Assembly: GCA_016283195.1 (NCBI GenBank) | Contig: JAEEML010000135.1 | Span: 1,857-65,856 of the forward strand | Direction of reading: 5' to 3' | Length of the DNA: 64,000 nucleotides | Origin: Deltaproteobacteria bacterium | Lineage (GTDB): Bacteria > JAEEML01 | The notes under the pieces: generated by a model | Database searches by the model: none | Told to the model about the DNA's origin: nothing | The model's input: only the letters and a program-made list of their open reading frames with translations | Position numbers and translations under genes: made by a program | Shown here: positions 37,573-45,849 of the stretch, piece after piece | Layout: every line of letters starts with the position of its first letter | How positions within the stretch are numbered: position 1 is the stretch's first letter

Positions 37573-38346
37573 GTGAAAAAAACGGCTAAAATACTGCTTG
37601 CTTCTCTGGTTTGCTTCCTGGCTTTGGGGAGCGGCCTGTTTAATTGGAATAAAAAAACGGCCACTGCCGATTTGCCAAGTGACGCTATGCCAGAATGGTT
37701 AAAAGCTTTTCCTCGCTATCCGACTCCTTTGGAAGGCGCGCCAATGTCCATGGGCGATGACATGATGGTAAATGGCCTGCCGATGAAAATGGCTTATATG
37801 CGCACTGAAGATTCCATGCGCCGGGCAGTGGATTTTTATGCCGCAGTGTGGACCGATTGGGGCTATGACCCCAATGTTACCGAATTTCCCGATCACACTA
37901 CTATTACTGTTATGGATAATGACGGGGCCAGCGATCTCACATTTTTAACGGCTAATATTTCCGATGAAGGTGATGTACGCACTATTATGTTGACCATGCA
38001 AAACCTGCCGATAAGCGGAAAAATGCCAAGTAATACGCAGAATTATATTTTTGAGCCGCCGGTGCCGGCCGGGGCGATGGTTCTTCATAATACAGAATCT
38101 TTGGTTGGCAACTTGGCTTCGGCTTCCAAGGTTTATTCCGTGCCCCTTTCCATGGCTGATGCTCAAAGTTACTATCACCAGGTTCTGCCTTCTTTAGGTT
38201 TTAAACTCTCTAATCAAGCCACTCAGGATGAACTTGATATTCTCTATTTTGTGGCCGGTAAATTGACTATCAGTGTGGCTTTTGCCGAAGCCTCGGCTGC
38301 GCCGCCGGTAACTGTGGTAACCATCAATTATTTGGAGGAACCATGA
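37573..38346 (+). CDS. Secreted/lipoprotein component of the Tad locus, function unknown
   Basis: GTG start with a GGAGG RBS and a signal peptide (KKTAKILLASLVCFLALGSG). 257 aa with no known motif. Its stop overlaps the flp start. Confidence 0.5.
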   Translation: MKKTAKILLASLVCFLALGSGLFNWNKKTATADLPSDAMPEWLKAFPRYPTPLEGAPMSMGDDMMVNGLPMKMAYMRTEDSMRRAVDFYAAVWTDWGYDPNVTEFPDHTTITVMDNDGASDLTFLTANISDEGDVRTIMLTMQNLPISGKMPSNTQNYIFEPPVPAGAMVLHNTESLVGNLASASKVYSVPLSMADAQSYYHQVLPSLGFKLSNQATQDELDILYFVAGKLTISVAFAEASAAPPVTVVTINYLEEP

Positions 38347-38543
38347 GATTTTTTGAGAAAATAATAGCTCTTATCAAAGACAATAAAGCCCAGGCTGCCA
38401 CCGAATACATTGTGGTCACCGGTGGGTTACTGGGTATGTTCATTGTTATAAACGGCCCAATTCCCATCATCCCCATGACTATTAGGGCATTTCAAATCTA
38501 TATAGACGGTATGCACGTGGTGATTACTCTGCCCATACCATGA
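38343..38543 (+). CDS. flp: Flp/Fap-family type IVb pilin candidate
   Basis: A 66-aa product with a charged leader, then AQAATEYIVVTGGLLGMFIVI, resembling the Flp motif G-A-T-A-I-E-Y-G-L-I-A-A-L-I. The Gly of the canonical G/XXXXEY cleavage site is not obvious. Confidence 0.5.
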   Translation: MRFFEKIIALIKDNKAQAATEYIVVTGGLLGMFIVINGPIPIIPMTIRAFQIYIDGMHVVITLPIP

Positions 38544-38585
38544 TTAACATTGTAACACCCTAGCTAGAGAAAGGTTTAAAAAGAG

Positions 38586-39398
38586 ATGTTTAAAGGAAAG
38601 TTACCGCTGCTTATTGCCGTTGTTGCCGCTATCTTGGCCGCTATTTTGGCTTATACCGGCTTGCAAAGCCAAGAAGCTAAAGTTTCCAGCGAGTGGGCAG
38701 TGAACCGCCGCGTGGTGGCCTTAAAAGATATCCCCGAAGGCACGCCGCTCAGCAAAGAAAATCTGACCGAAGCGGAAATTCCGGTGAAATTCTTCAAAAG
38801 CGCCATTAAACCGGCCGAGATGAATCAAGCCCGCATTTGGGGCCAAAAAGTGGCCGTGCCCCTTTCCAAGGGCGACCCGCTACTCTGGTCGCATATTGCC
38901 ACAACCACCGCCGAAACCCGCCTCTCCGATACCGTGCAAAAGGCCGACGGCCGCGCTCTTACCATCAAAGTGAGCGGCGAAGCGGCTCTCGGGAGCTGGC
39001 TCCGCCCGGCCGACCATGTAGATATCATCGGCATTTTCCGCGATCCCGATAGCGGCGGCGATATGGCGGTGACCCTTTTGCAAAATGTCATTATTTTGGC
39101 AACCGGCGATATATCGGGCCAGACCAATACGCGCATTTTGGCCCCAAATGCCCGTAAATACGACAATATTACTGTTCACGTTATGCCGGAAGCGGCTGAG
39201 ATGCTTATTTTGGCCCAACAGGTTGGCAGCCTCTATTTGACTTTGCGTAACCGCGAAGATACCACCTCCGAAACCCGTGATGAAAAGACTACTATTAAGA
39301 CTATTCTCACCGGTCGCCGCGAAAAACTCATTCAAGAGCAAATCAAGCAGGTTAAAAAGCAAAGCACCGGCATAGAAATCATCAACGGGGGCAAGTAA
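38586..39398 (+). CDS. cpaB: Flp pilus assembly protein CpaB/RcpC
   Basis: N-terminal TM helix followed by a SAF/CpaB-like region (VVALKDIPEGTPLSKENL...VAVPLSKGDPLLWSHIA) and a C-terminal RcpC-like domain. Confidence 0.8.
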   Translation: MFKGKLPLLIAVVAAILAAILAYTGLQSQEAKVSSEWAVNRRVVALKDIPEGTPLSKENLTEAEIPVKFFKSAIKPAEMNQARIWGQKVAVPLSKGDPLLWSHIATTTAETRLSDTVQKADGRALTIKVSGEAALGSWLRPADHVDIIGIFRDPDSGGDMAVTLLQNVIILATGDISGQTNTRILAPNARKYDNITVHVMPEAAEMLILAQQVGSLYLTLRNREDTTSETRDEKTTIKTILTGRREKLIQEQIKQVKKQSTGIEIINGGK

Positions 39399-39421
39399 AG
39401 CTCTTATAGGAGGAGAGCAAA

Positions 39422-40273
39422 ATGATTGCTAGTCAATTACTTACCACCATTTTGGCCGCTATTTCCATGTTCTTTCTGGCCATGGTGATTTATGGTGTTC
39501 TGGCGAACGGTTTTACCAAATACCAAGAACATTATATGACCAAAAATGTGGCCGATATGTCCGATATGTTCTTCTTTATCGACCCGCAGCAAATGCTGGT
39601 TTTAACCCTGGCTCTTTGTGGCGCTTTTTTTGTTATCGGCTTTTTGATGTCGGGAATCGTTATCGGCCTTATAATGGGGCTTATCGGCCTGGCTGCGCCT
39701 TCGTTTTTGGTGAAATATTATAAACGTAAACGCATTAAAGATTTTGAACGTCAATTGGTTGATGCCCTGGGCGCCATGAGTAATGCTTTTAGAGCCGGTC
39801 TTACCTTTCGCCAGGCTTTGGAAGAGATTGCTAAAACTGCCGATGCCCCGCTTTCGCAGGAATTTTCTCTCACCGTGCGCGAGGTGCGTATGGGTATGGC
39901 CATTGAAGAAGCCCTGGAAAATATGGCCAAAAGAGTAAAGAGCGAAGATTTGGACCTGGTGGTTACATCTGTGGTTATTGCCAAAAATCTGGGTGGTAAT
40001 ATGGCGGAAATGTTTGAAACTATTGCCGCTACCATCCGCGAGCGCTTTCGTATTCAAGGTAAAATCGAATCCCTTACCGCCCAAGGTAAATTGCAAGGTA
40101 TTGTTATCGGCCTCATGCCCATTTTAGTTTGGGTGGGTTTTGATTATGTGCGCCCGGATATGACGCGCCCGATGATGAATCACTGGTTTGGTTATGTGAT
40201 TGTGGGCCTGGTGGTGGTTATGGAAATTATGGGCGCCTGGCTCATCAAAAAAATCGTTACCATTGAGGTGTAA
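39422..40273 (+). CDS. tadB: Tad pilus platform protein TadB (T2SS-F family)
   Basis: T2SSF domain pattern FRAGLTFRQALEEIAK...PLSQEF...GMAIEEALENMAKRV with flanking TM helices. Confidence 0.8.
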   Translation: MIASQLLTTILAAISMFFLAMVIYGVLANGFTKYQEHYMTKNVADMSDMFFFIDPQQMLVLTLALCGAFFVIGFLMSGIVIGLIMGLIGLAAPSFLVKYYKRKRIKDFERQLVDALGAMSNAFRAGLTFRQALEEIAKTADAPLSQEFSLTVREVRMGMAIEEALENMAKRVKSEDLDLVVTSVVIAKNLGGNMAEMFETIAATIRERFRIQGKIESLTAQGKLQGIVIGLMPILVWVGFDYVRPDMTRPMMNHWFGYVIVGLVVVMEIMGAWLIKKIVTIEV

Positions 40274-40278
40274 AAAAT

Positions 40279-41154
40279 ATGTCTAACGTTATCGTGGCTG
40301 CCATTGTTCTGCTAGTCTCTGTCGCCCTTTTTATTATTACCGGCTATCTTAGCTCTTTTGTGGAGACCAGAATATCGGAAAGTGCTGCAAGAGCCGCTGC
40401 CGAAGCGGCCGATCGCCCCAAAGAGCGTCCGCCTATTCTTGATACTATCGGCCGGCCTTTCAAAGGTAAAGTGCCGCCGGCTATCAGCAAGAAGGCTGAG
40501 CAGCTCATTATTTATGCCGGTCATCCTTATGATTTGCGCCCCGAGGATATTTGCGGGCTTATGGTGGTGGGTTTTATCGCCGGTTTGTGGTTTGGAATTA
40601 TGGTGGCAAATCTTATGAAATTCACCTTCTTAATAGCCATTCCCGTGGGCCTGCTGGGAGCCGGTTTCCCCTGGCTCTGGCTAAGAGATTTGGTAAAAAA
40701 ACGCCATTTGCGGATTGTGCGCGATTTGCCTTTTAATATTGATTTGCTCACTCTGGCTGTGGAAGCCGGCCTTGATTTCGCGGCCGGTGTGGCCAAAATG
40801 GTGGAAAAAGGCAAACCGGGCCCGGTGCGCGACGAATTTAAAATTATGCTCTCGCAAATGCGCATGGGTAAAAGCCGCGCCGAAGCTATGCATGATATGG
40901 CAGTGCGCGTAGGCCTCCCCTCTTTTAACTCTTTTCTCTCTGTTTTAATTCAGGCTGACCGTCTTGGTACCGGTCTAGGCAAAGTTTTGCGTATTCAGGC
41001 TGACCAAATGCGTATGGAGCGTTCACAAAGAGCCGAAAAAACAGCAGCGCAGGCGCCGGTAAAAATGCTTATGCCACTTGTGGGCTTTATTTTTCCCACC
41101 ATTTGGTTTATCTTGGCCGGGCCCTTGGTCTTTACCATGTTTTTTAGCAAGTAG
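40279..41154 (+). CDS. tadC: Tad pilus platform protein TadC (T2SS-F family)
   Basis: T2SSF domain pattern LPFNIDLLTLAVEAGLDFAAGVAKMVEKG...MRMGKSRAEAMHDMAVRVGLPSFNSF with TM helices. It starts 5 nt after tadB. Confidence 0.8.
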   Translation: MSNVIVAAIVLLVSVALFIITGYLSSFVETRISESAARAAAEAADRPKERPPILDTIGRPFKGKVPPAISKKAEQLIIYAGHPYDLRPEDICGLMVVGFIAGLWFGIMVANLMKFTFLIAIPVGLLGAGFPWLWLRDLVKKRHLRIVRDLPFNIDLLTLAVEAGLDFAAGVAKMVEKGKPGPVRDEFKIMLSQMRMGKSRAEAMHDMAVRVGLPSFNSFLSVLIQADRLGTGLGKVLRIQADQMRMERSQRAEKTAAQAPVKMLMPLVGFIFPTIWFILAGPLVFTMFFSK

Positions 41155-41204
41155 AGAAGCGGGGCAGGAAGCAGAGCACTAATAGTATAGAGGTACGGTA
41201 ACTG

Positions 41205-42818
41205 ATGAGTTTTACTCTGATTATGAATGACGGCCAAAATGCCGGCAAGTCTCTTTCTTATGATAAAGGTGAAGTGCGCATCGGGCGTCTTAGAGAGAAT
41301 GATCTGGTCCTATATAGTACCGGTGTTTCCCGCCATCATTGTACTATCTTCCAAAGGGGAGGGAAGTATCAAATCGAAGATGCCGGCAGTTCCAACGGCA
41401 CCATAGTAAACGGCAAACGAATTGAAGGACCGGCCTCCTTAAATGATGGGGATGCCATTATTGTTGGGCCGGTTTCTTTTGTTTTTAAATTAGATAGCAG
41501 CGGCCAGATGGCTAGCCATCACGAGGCGCTTGAGCACCAAAACAGCGCCGGAGTGAGCGAGGCCAAGACGCAGGCAGTGGACGGTGCTGCCGTGCGCCGG
41601 ATGCTGCGCCAGTCAGCGCCAGGTGGCAGTGCCGATGGATCCGCTCCGGCGGCGGCTCAGGGGAGTGCCGAACAGCCGCGCCGCCGCCGGGTTACCGGCC
41701 AGCGCCATGCTGCTGCTAATGGGGAAAGCGCAGCACCGGCTGCCGAGGCAGCACCTGCCGGCCCGGTGAGTATGGCCGAAGAAGGCAGTGCCAGCAGTGC
41801 CAAGCGCGTTACCGGTGACCCGGCACGCCGAGCCCGTTTGGCTGAAGCCAAGAAAAAAGCCGAAGAAGCCAAATTAAGCGAGCAAAACCCGGAGCCGATT
41901 AAAGAGATAACCGCTAAAGTAAAGCCGCGTAAACCCTTTGGCGTTTGGTGGAAAGAACAGCCGAAGAATAAAAAAATTATCATGGCTTCCGGGGCCGGCA
42001 TCGGCCTTTTGGTTATAGTTTTGTTAATTTTAAAAACACTTTCCGGCAGCACCATTGTGCAGACCGATTACAGTGATAAAGTATTCCCCTTGAATGCTAC
42101 CAACAGCCGCAAAATATATGGTCTTGGCAATATTAAGCCGGAAAGAGGTTATTATTGCGCCGATAAAGTGAGTTTTAGCTTTGATTATGCCGGCGGTATG
42201 GCGGTCTTGCGCTATTCGGTATCTTCTATTGAAGCGCCCAACGAGCTGGCTATATATGTAAATAACAAATTAGCCGGTTATGCCCCGATTGCTCCTTCCC
42301 GCTGGATGCCGGATGTGCGGATGCGCCTGCCGGCTTCTATGCTCAATCCTCATGCCAAAAATGTTATTACCTTTGATTCCACGCGTAATCCGCCGGAAAA
42401 AGATAAGTGGGGTATAAGGCAAATTACCATTACCGAAAAACCGCTTCCCGATGCCGATCCCGATAGAGCTATGCAGCTTTTCTCCTTGGCCCAGGAAGCA
42501 TATAAATCTTATTTGGTTGACCCGGCCAATCTCTCTGTTTCTATCGGTCATTATGGTGATGCACTCATGTTTTTGGAGCGCCTCGATCCCAAGCCGCCGC
42601 TTTATGGGCAAATAGAGGTGGCAATGAAAGAGGCCGAAGCTGCCTTGCAGGATATTTATGATACCAAAATGTTCCAAGCTTTTAAGGCTCAGAAAAACCG
42701 CAATTTTGAAGAAGCGCGGGAAATACTCAATGATTTGATGCGTTACCTGCCCAATACCGAAGACGAGCGCCGCCAGGAAATTCAAAACAGGCTAAAATAT
42801 TTGGGTCAGGATAGGTGA
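41205..42818 (+). CDS. FHA-domain membrane protein: N-terminal FHA, Ala/Pro/Glu-rich linker, one TM helix and a large C-terminal domain
   Basis: FHA core (VRIGRLRENDLVLYSTGVSRHHCTIFQRGGKYQIEDAGSSNGTIVNGKRI), low-complexity A/P/E-rich segment, TM helix (IIMASGAGIGLLVIVLLILKTL) and a ~250-aa C-terminal domain. It is the last gene of the Tad locus. Confidence 0.8.
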   Translation: MSFTLIMNDGQNAGKSLSYDKGEVRIGRLRENDLVLYSTGVSRHHCTIFQRGGKYQIEDAGSSNGTIVNGKRIEGPASLNDGDAIIVGPVSFVFKLDSSGQMASHHEALEHQNSAGVSEAKTQAVDGAAVRRMLRQSAPGGSADGSAPAAAQGSAEQPRRRRVTGQRHAAANGESAAPAAEAAPAGPVSMAEEGSASSAKRVTGDPARRARLAEAKKKAEEAKLSEQNPEPIKEITAKVKPRKPFGVWWKEQPKNKKIIMASGAGIGLLVIVLLILKTLSGSTIVQTDYSDKVFPLNATNSRKIYGLGNIKPERGYYCADKVSFSFDYAGGMAVLRYSVSSIEAPNELAIYVNNKLAGYAPIAPSRWMPDVRMRLPASMLNPHAKNVITFDSTRNPPEKDKWGIRQITITEKPLPDADPDRAMQLFSLAQEAYKSYLVDPANLSVSIGHYGDALMFLERLDPKPPLYGQIEVAMKEAEAALQDIYDTKMFQAFKAQKNRNFEEAREILNDLMRYLPNTEDERRQEIQNRLKYLGQDR

Positions 42819-42894
42819 TTTCACCTTCCTGTTTGCAATCAAAGAATAGGTGCATTATGCTGAATAAGGTGCCTTTTTCAGAGCGGAGTGCCCT

Positions 42895-43632
42895 ATGAGA
42901 AATATTTTGCTCCTATTTATTATGCTGACCTTTAGCCATGTGAATTTTTCGGCTGCTGCGCCTATTTATCGCACGCTCATTTTGCCCTATGAAGAGACTT
43001 TTTTGGAGAATAGCCATGAGCTAATCGATAAATATGCCGAACTTATATCTTCTTTTTACGGCCTCTCCCCGGCTTATGCCGCCCTGGTGCTGGCCCATTC
43101 CCGCGGAGTTTTAGCGGAAAAACAGCTGGAAGAGCTTTTTCCCGGGCAAAAGCTCAATAGCTTTATTTTGGCTGAATATAACCGCTATTTGGCAGAAAAA
43201 TTGCCAACTATGCGCACCGATACGGCAGCCGGTGAATTTTTAACGGAGCTCAAAAAGCGGGGTGGCCGGGTTTTTGTTTATAGTACCACCAATCCGAAAC
43301 TGGCCGCCGAAGATATTGAACGGCGTAAATTGCCTTTACAATTTATAGCTCCCCCGGCTGAGCCGCTGGAGGATTATCCGCAACTGGAGAGAGTGCTCTC
43401 GCGCTATTCTTTGCCGGCAGCAACCGTTCTGGTACTGGGCGGAAGCCAGCAGGAATGCAACCGCGCCGGCCTTTCCGGGCTCGATTTTGCTCTTTACCAT
43501 GAAATGGTTGAAGGGCGCGTTGATGGAGCCAGCCCCTGTAGAATTTTATATAAAGTGGAAAAATTGCGCGACCTCAAAGCTCTGACAGTAAAACCGGCAG
43601 CTAGCGGGGCAAAAACAAATGGAAAATTATGA
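42895..43632 (+). CDS. Secreted hypothetical protein (possibly a degenerate HAD-like fold)
   Basis: Signal peptide (MRNILLLFIMLTFSHVNFSAAAP) on a 245-aa product. The C-terminal VLVLGGSQQECNRAGLSGLDF loosely resembles HAD motifs III/IV, but motif I is missing. Its stop overlaps the lipase gene start. Confidence 0.45.
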   Translation: MRNILLLFIMLTFSHVNFSAAAPIYRTLILPYEETFLENSHELIDKYAELISSFYGLSPAYAALVLAHSRGVLAEKQLEELFPGQKLNSFILAEYNRYLAEKLPTMRTDTAAGEFLTELKKRGGRVFVYSTTNPKLAAEDIERRKLPLQFIAPPAEPLEDYPQLERVLSRYSLPAATVLVLGGSQQECNRAGLSGLDFALYHEMVEGRVDGASPCRILYKVEKLRDLKALTVKPAASGAKTNGKL

Positions 43633-45124
43633 ACTTACAGAAGCGGCTTTAAAATGGTGTAGCTCTTATTGTCAGCAAGATGAAGCGGGCTTTTGGCGCA
43701 TAATTGGCCCGCCGGAAGAGTGCCTTGATCCTTTTAATAATCTTTCTAAAAGTGATCGCCTGCTTTTGCTTTACAAAATGGAGCGCGTTTCGCGCCTGCG
43801 CGTTTTGCGCCTTTTGAGTGGAGTGGAGCGCGATAACGCTATTTTCGGCGGTGACCCGGCGCTGATGCTTGATGTGCAAATCCACGATGTTGGGCCGGAA
43901 TTTACCTACGATTGGCAGAGTTTTCGCGGGGATACTTTTGTTAAAGAGAATCTCCAGGGGCTGGCTATTATGGCTAAAAGAGCCTATGAAGTGCCCGGGG
44001 AAGACGGCAACGATCCTGATCGGGTAGGGGTAGGCTATGCCGAATTGGCTAAAAACGGCTTTACGCTGAAATTTTACGGCTGGGAAAAAGACCAGGTGCG
44101 TAAATCCACCAAAGCCTACATGGCCAGGAAGGGCGATTTTGCCATCTTGACTTTTAAAGGCTCTACTTTTAGCCCCTTTAGCCTGGATGATTTTTTGGCC
44201 GATGCCCTCTTTCTGCGTTCACCTGGCTATTTTGGCCGGGTGCATAGCGGTTTTGCCAATGCACTCGAAGAGGTGTGGGAAGAACTGGCGGCCGATATTA
44301 GTGCTATGGCGGCTGATGGGGTAAAGCACCTCCATATTACTGGCCACAGTTTGGGCGCTAGCCTTAGTTATTTAATGGCGCGGCGCCTCATTGATGCTGT
44401 CCCGCAAATACATATTGCCGCTGTGGTGCCCCTGGCAGCCGCCCGCGTTTTTAACAGCGAAGCGGCAAAATCTTACAGCGCCCGCCTTGGCGATGTCACC
44501 TGGCGGGTGGTTAATACTACCGATATAGTTACTATGATTCCCCCAAAAGCGCTTGGTTTCCGCCACCCTGACAGCCACACAATATATATAGATTCTGATG
44601 GCCTTTTGCGCCTCGACCCCACGCGCGCGCAAATTGATGCCGACCGCGATATTGCCAACTGGGACGAAACGCGCTTTTTAAAGAGTCTTAAAAGCACTAA
44701 ATACCCCAGCTTGGCTTGGCTTGATCCGCTCCGGATGCATGCGCCGCTCGCTTATTTGCAGCCTATTTATATAAACCGCGAGTATATGAGTCTAAATGAT
44801 CACGAAGTGCTTGATTTAATAGATAAATATCTTTCATTCAGCACTAATTCCACTCATCTTGAGGCGGTAGCGCAGTTCTTTTTGCCGCTAAAAAAAGAGG
44901 AGCGCAATATAGTTATAAAATATATTCCCAAAGAATATGCCCGCCCGCTTTTGAAATGGCTGACCGAAGAGCACATTGTTACGGCCGTGCGCCACTATCT
45001 CACCGCCACACGGCAAAAAGAGAGCCTGGAAAGCGAGTTTGTGGCTATTCTTGCCGCTGTGCGCCGTGATTTGGGCCGCCGCGTCATCAAACGCACCTTT
45101 TCCATTTTTGGCTCTGAGGATTAA
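43619..45124 (+). CDS. Class-3 lipase (Lipase_3 alpha/beta-hydrolase) family protein with a ~170-aa C-terminal extension; no signal peptide
   Basis: Nucleophile elbow HLHITGHSLGASLSYLMA and upstream strand pattern AYMARKGDFAILTFKGSTF, with the downstream Asp/His region VVNTTDIVTMIPP...FRHPDSH. Confidence 0.75.
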   Translation: MENYELTEAALKWCSSYCQQDEAGFWRIIGPPEECLDPFNNLSKSDRLLLLYKMERVSRLRVLRLLSGVERDNAIFGGDPALMLDVQIHDVGPEFTYDWQSFRGDTFVKENLQGLAIMAKRAYEVPGEDGNDPDRVGVGYAELAKNGFTLKFYGWEKDQVRKSTKAYMARKGDFAILTFKGSTFSPFSLDDFLADALFLRSPGYFGRVHSGFANALEEVWEELAADISAMAADGVKHLHITGHSLGASLSYLMARRLIDAVPQIHIAAVVPLAAARVFNSEAAKSYSARLGDVTWRVVNTTDIVTMIPPKALGFRHPDSHTIYIDSDGLLRLDPTRAQIDADRDIANWDETRFLKSLKSTKYPSLAWLDPLRMHAPLAYLQPIYINREYMSLNDHEVLDLIDKYLSFSTNSTHLEAVAQFFLPLKKEERNIVIKYIPKEYARPLLKWLTEEHIVTAVRHYLTATRQKESLESEFVAILAAVRRDLGRRVIKRTFSIFGSED

Positions 45125-45127
45125 GCT

Positions 45128-45523
45128 ATGTGGCGTTATTTGCAAATGCATGAAAAACTCATCAGGTCCATTTTGGCAGAAGATAAGGCCGATACTCCCT
45201 GGGGAGAGGTGCTCGCTTTTCATTTGGAACAAATGGGAAGAATGCAGCACGAGCGCCTCATTCACCTTATTGTCACTATGTTTATTTGTCTCTTTTTGCT
45301 CCTCTCTCTGGCTTATTCGCTGAGCAATCCTTCTTGGTCTGCCATGGGGCTGGCCTTTCTTTTTCTGATGCTCACCATCGGCTATTTGCAACACTATTTC
45401 CGCTTGGAAAACGGCGTGCAACGCTGGTACTTTTTGGGGCATAAACTGGCGGCCAAAGCCGGTCAGCTCAGCGCCGACTACAGCGGCAAAGAGCCGCTTT
45501 TAATTTTGCCGGAAAAAAGATAA
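45128..45523 (+). CDS. Small two-TM membrane protein, hypothetical
   Basis: 131 aa with two hydrophobic helices (LIHLIVTMFICLFLLLSLAYSL; AMGLAFLFLMLTIGYL). It sits 3 nt after the lipase gene and 2 nt before the HNH gene. Confidence 0.45.
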   Translation: MWRYLQMHEKLIRSILAEDKADTPWGEVLAFHLEQMGRMQHERLIHLIVTMFICLFLLLSLAYSLSNPSWSAMGLAFLFLMLTIGYLQHYFRLENGVQRWYFLGHKLAAKAGQLSADYSGKEPLLILPEKR

Positions 45524-45525
45524 CT

Positions 45526-45837
45526 ATGGAAGATTTTTACTATATTCCCGTCCCCGCCGCAGAAATTGCCAAAGAGCGCGCCAAAGCCCGCGAAATTCGC
45601 CAGAGTATGTGGTGGAAAAACCAGCTCGGCAAAGGTATTTGCTATTATTGCAAGCGGCGCTTTCATCCAAGTGAGCTCACAATGGATCATATTGTTCCGC
45701 TGGCACGCGGCGGCAAGTCCACACGCAGTAATGTGGTGCCCTGCTGCAAAGAGTGCAACAGCCAAAAGCAATCCAAATTACCTTCGGAATGGCAGGAATA
45801 TTTAGCGCGCCTGGCTGCAGAAGAGCCGGCAACTTAA
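45526..45837 (+). CDS. Small HNH endonuclease
   Basis: CYYCKRRFHPSELTMDHIVPLARGGKSTRSNVVPCCKECNSQK: an HNH motif with the two zinc-binding CxxC pairs. Confidence 0.8.
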   Translation: MEDFYYIPVPAAEIAKERAKAREIRQSMWWKNQLGKGICYYCKRRFHPSELTMDHIVPLARGGKSTRSNVVPCCKECNSQKQSKLPSEWQEYLARLAAEEPAT

Positions 45838-45849
45838 TAATTTATATTT

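Noticed and set aside
41584-42055. ORFs on both strands within the FHA protein linker region
   Set aside because: These are artefacts of the GC-rich Ala/Pro/Glu-coding low-complexity segment of the FHA protein. They have no independent support.
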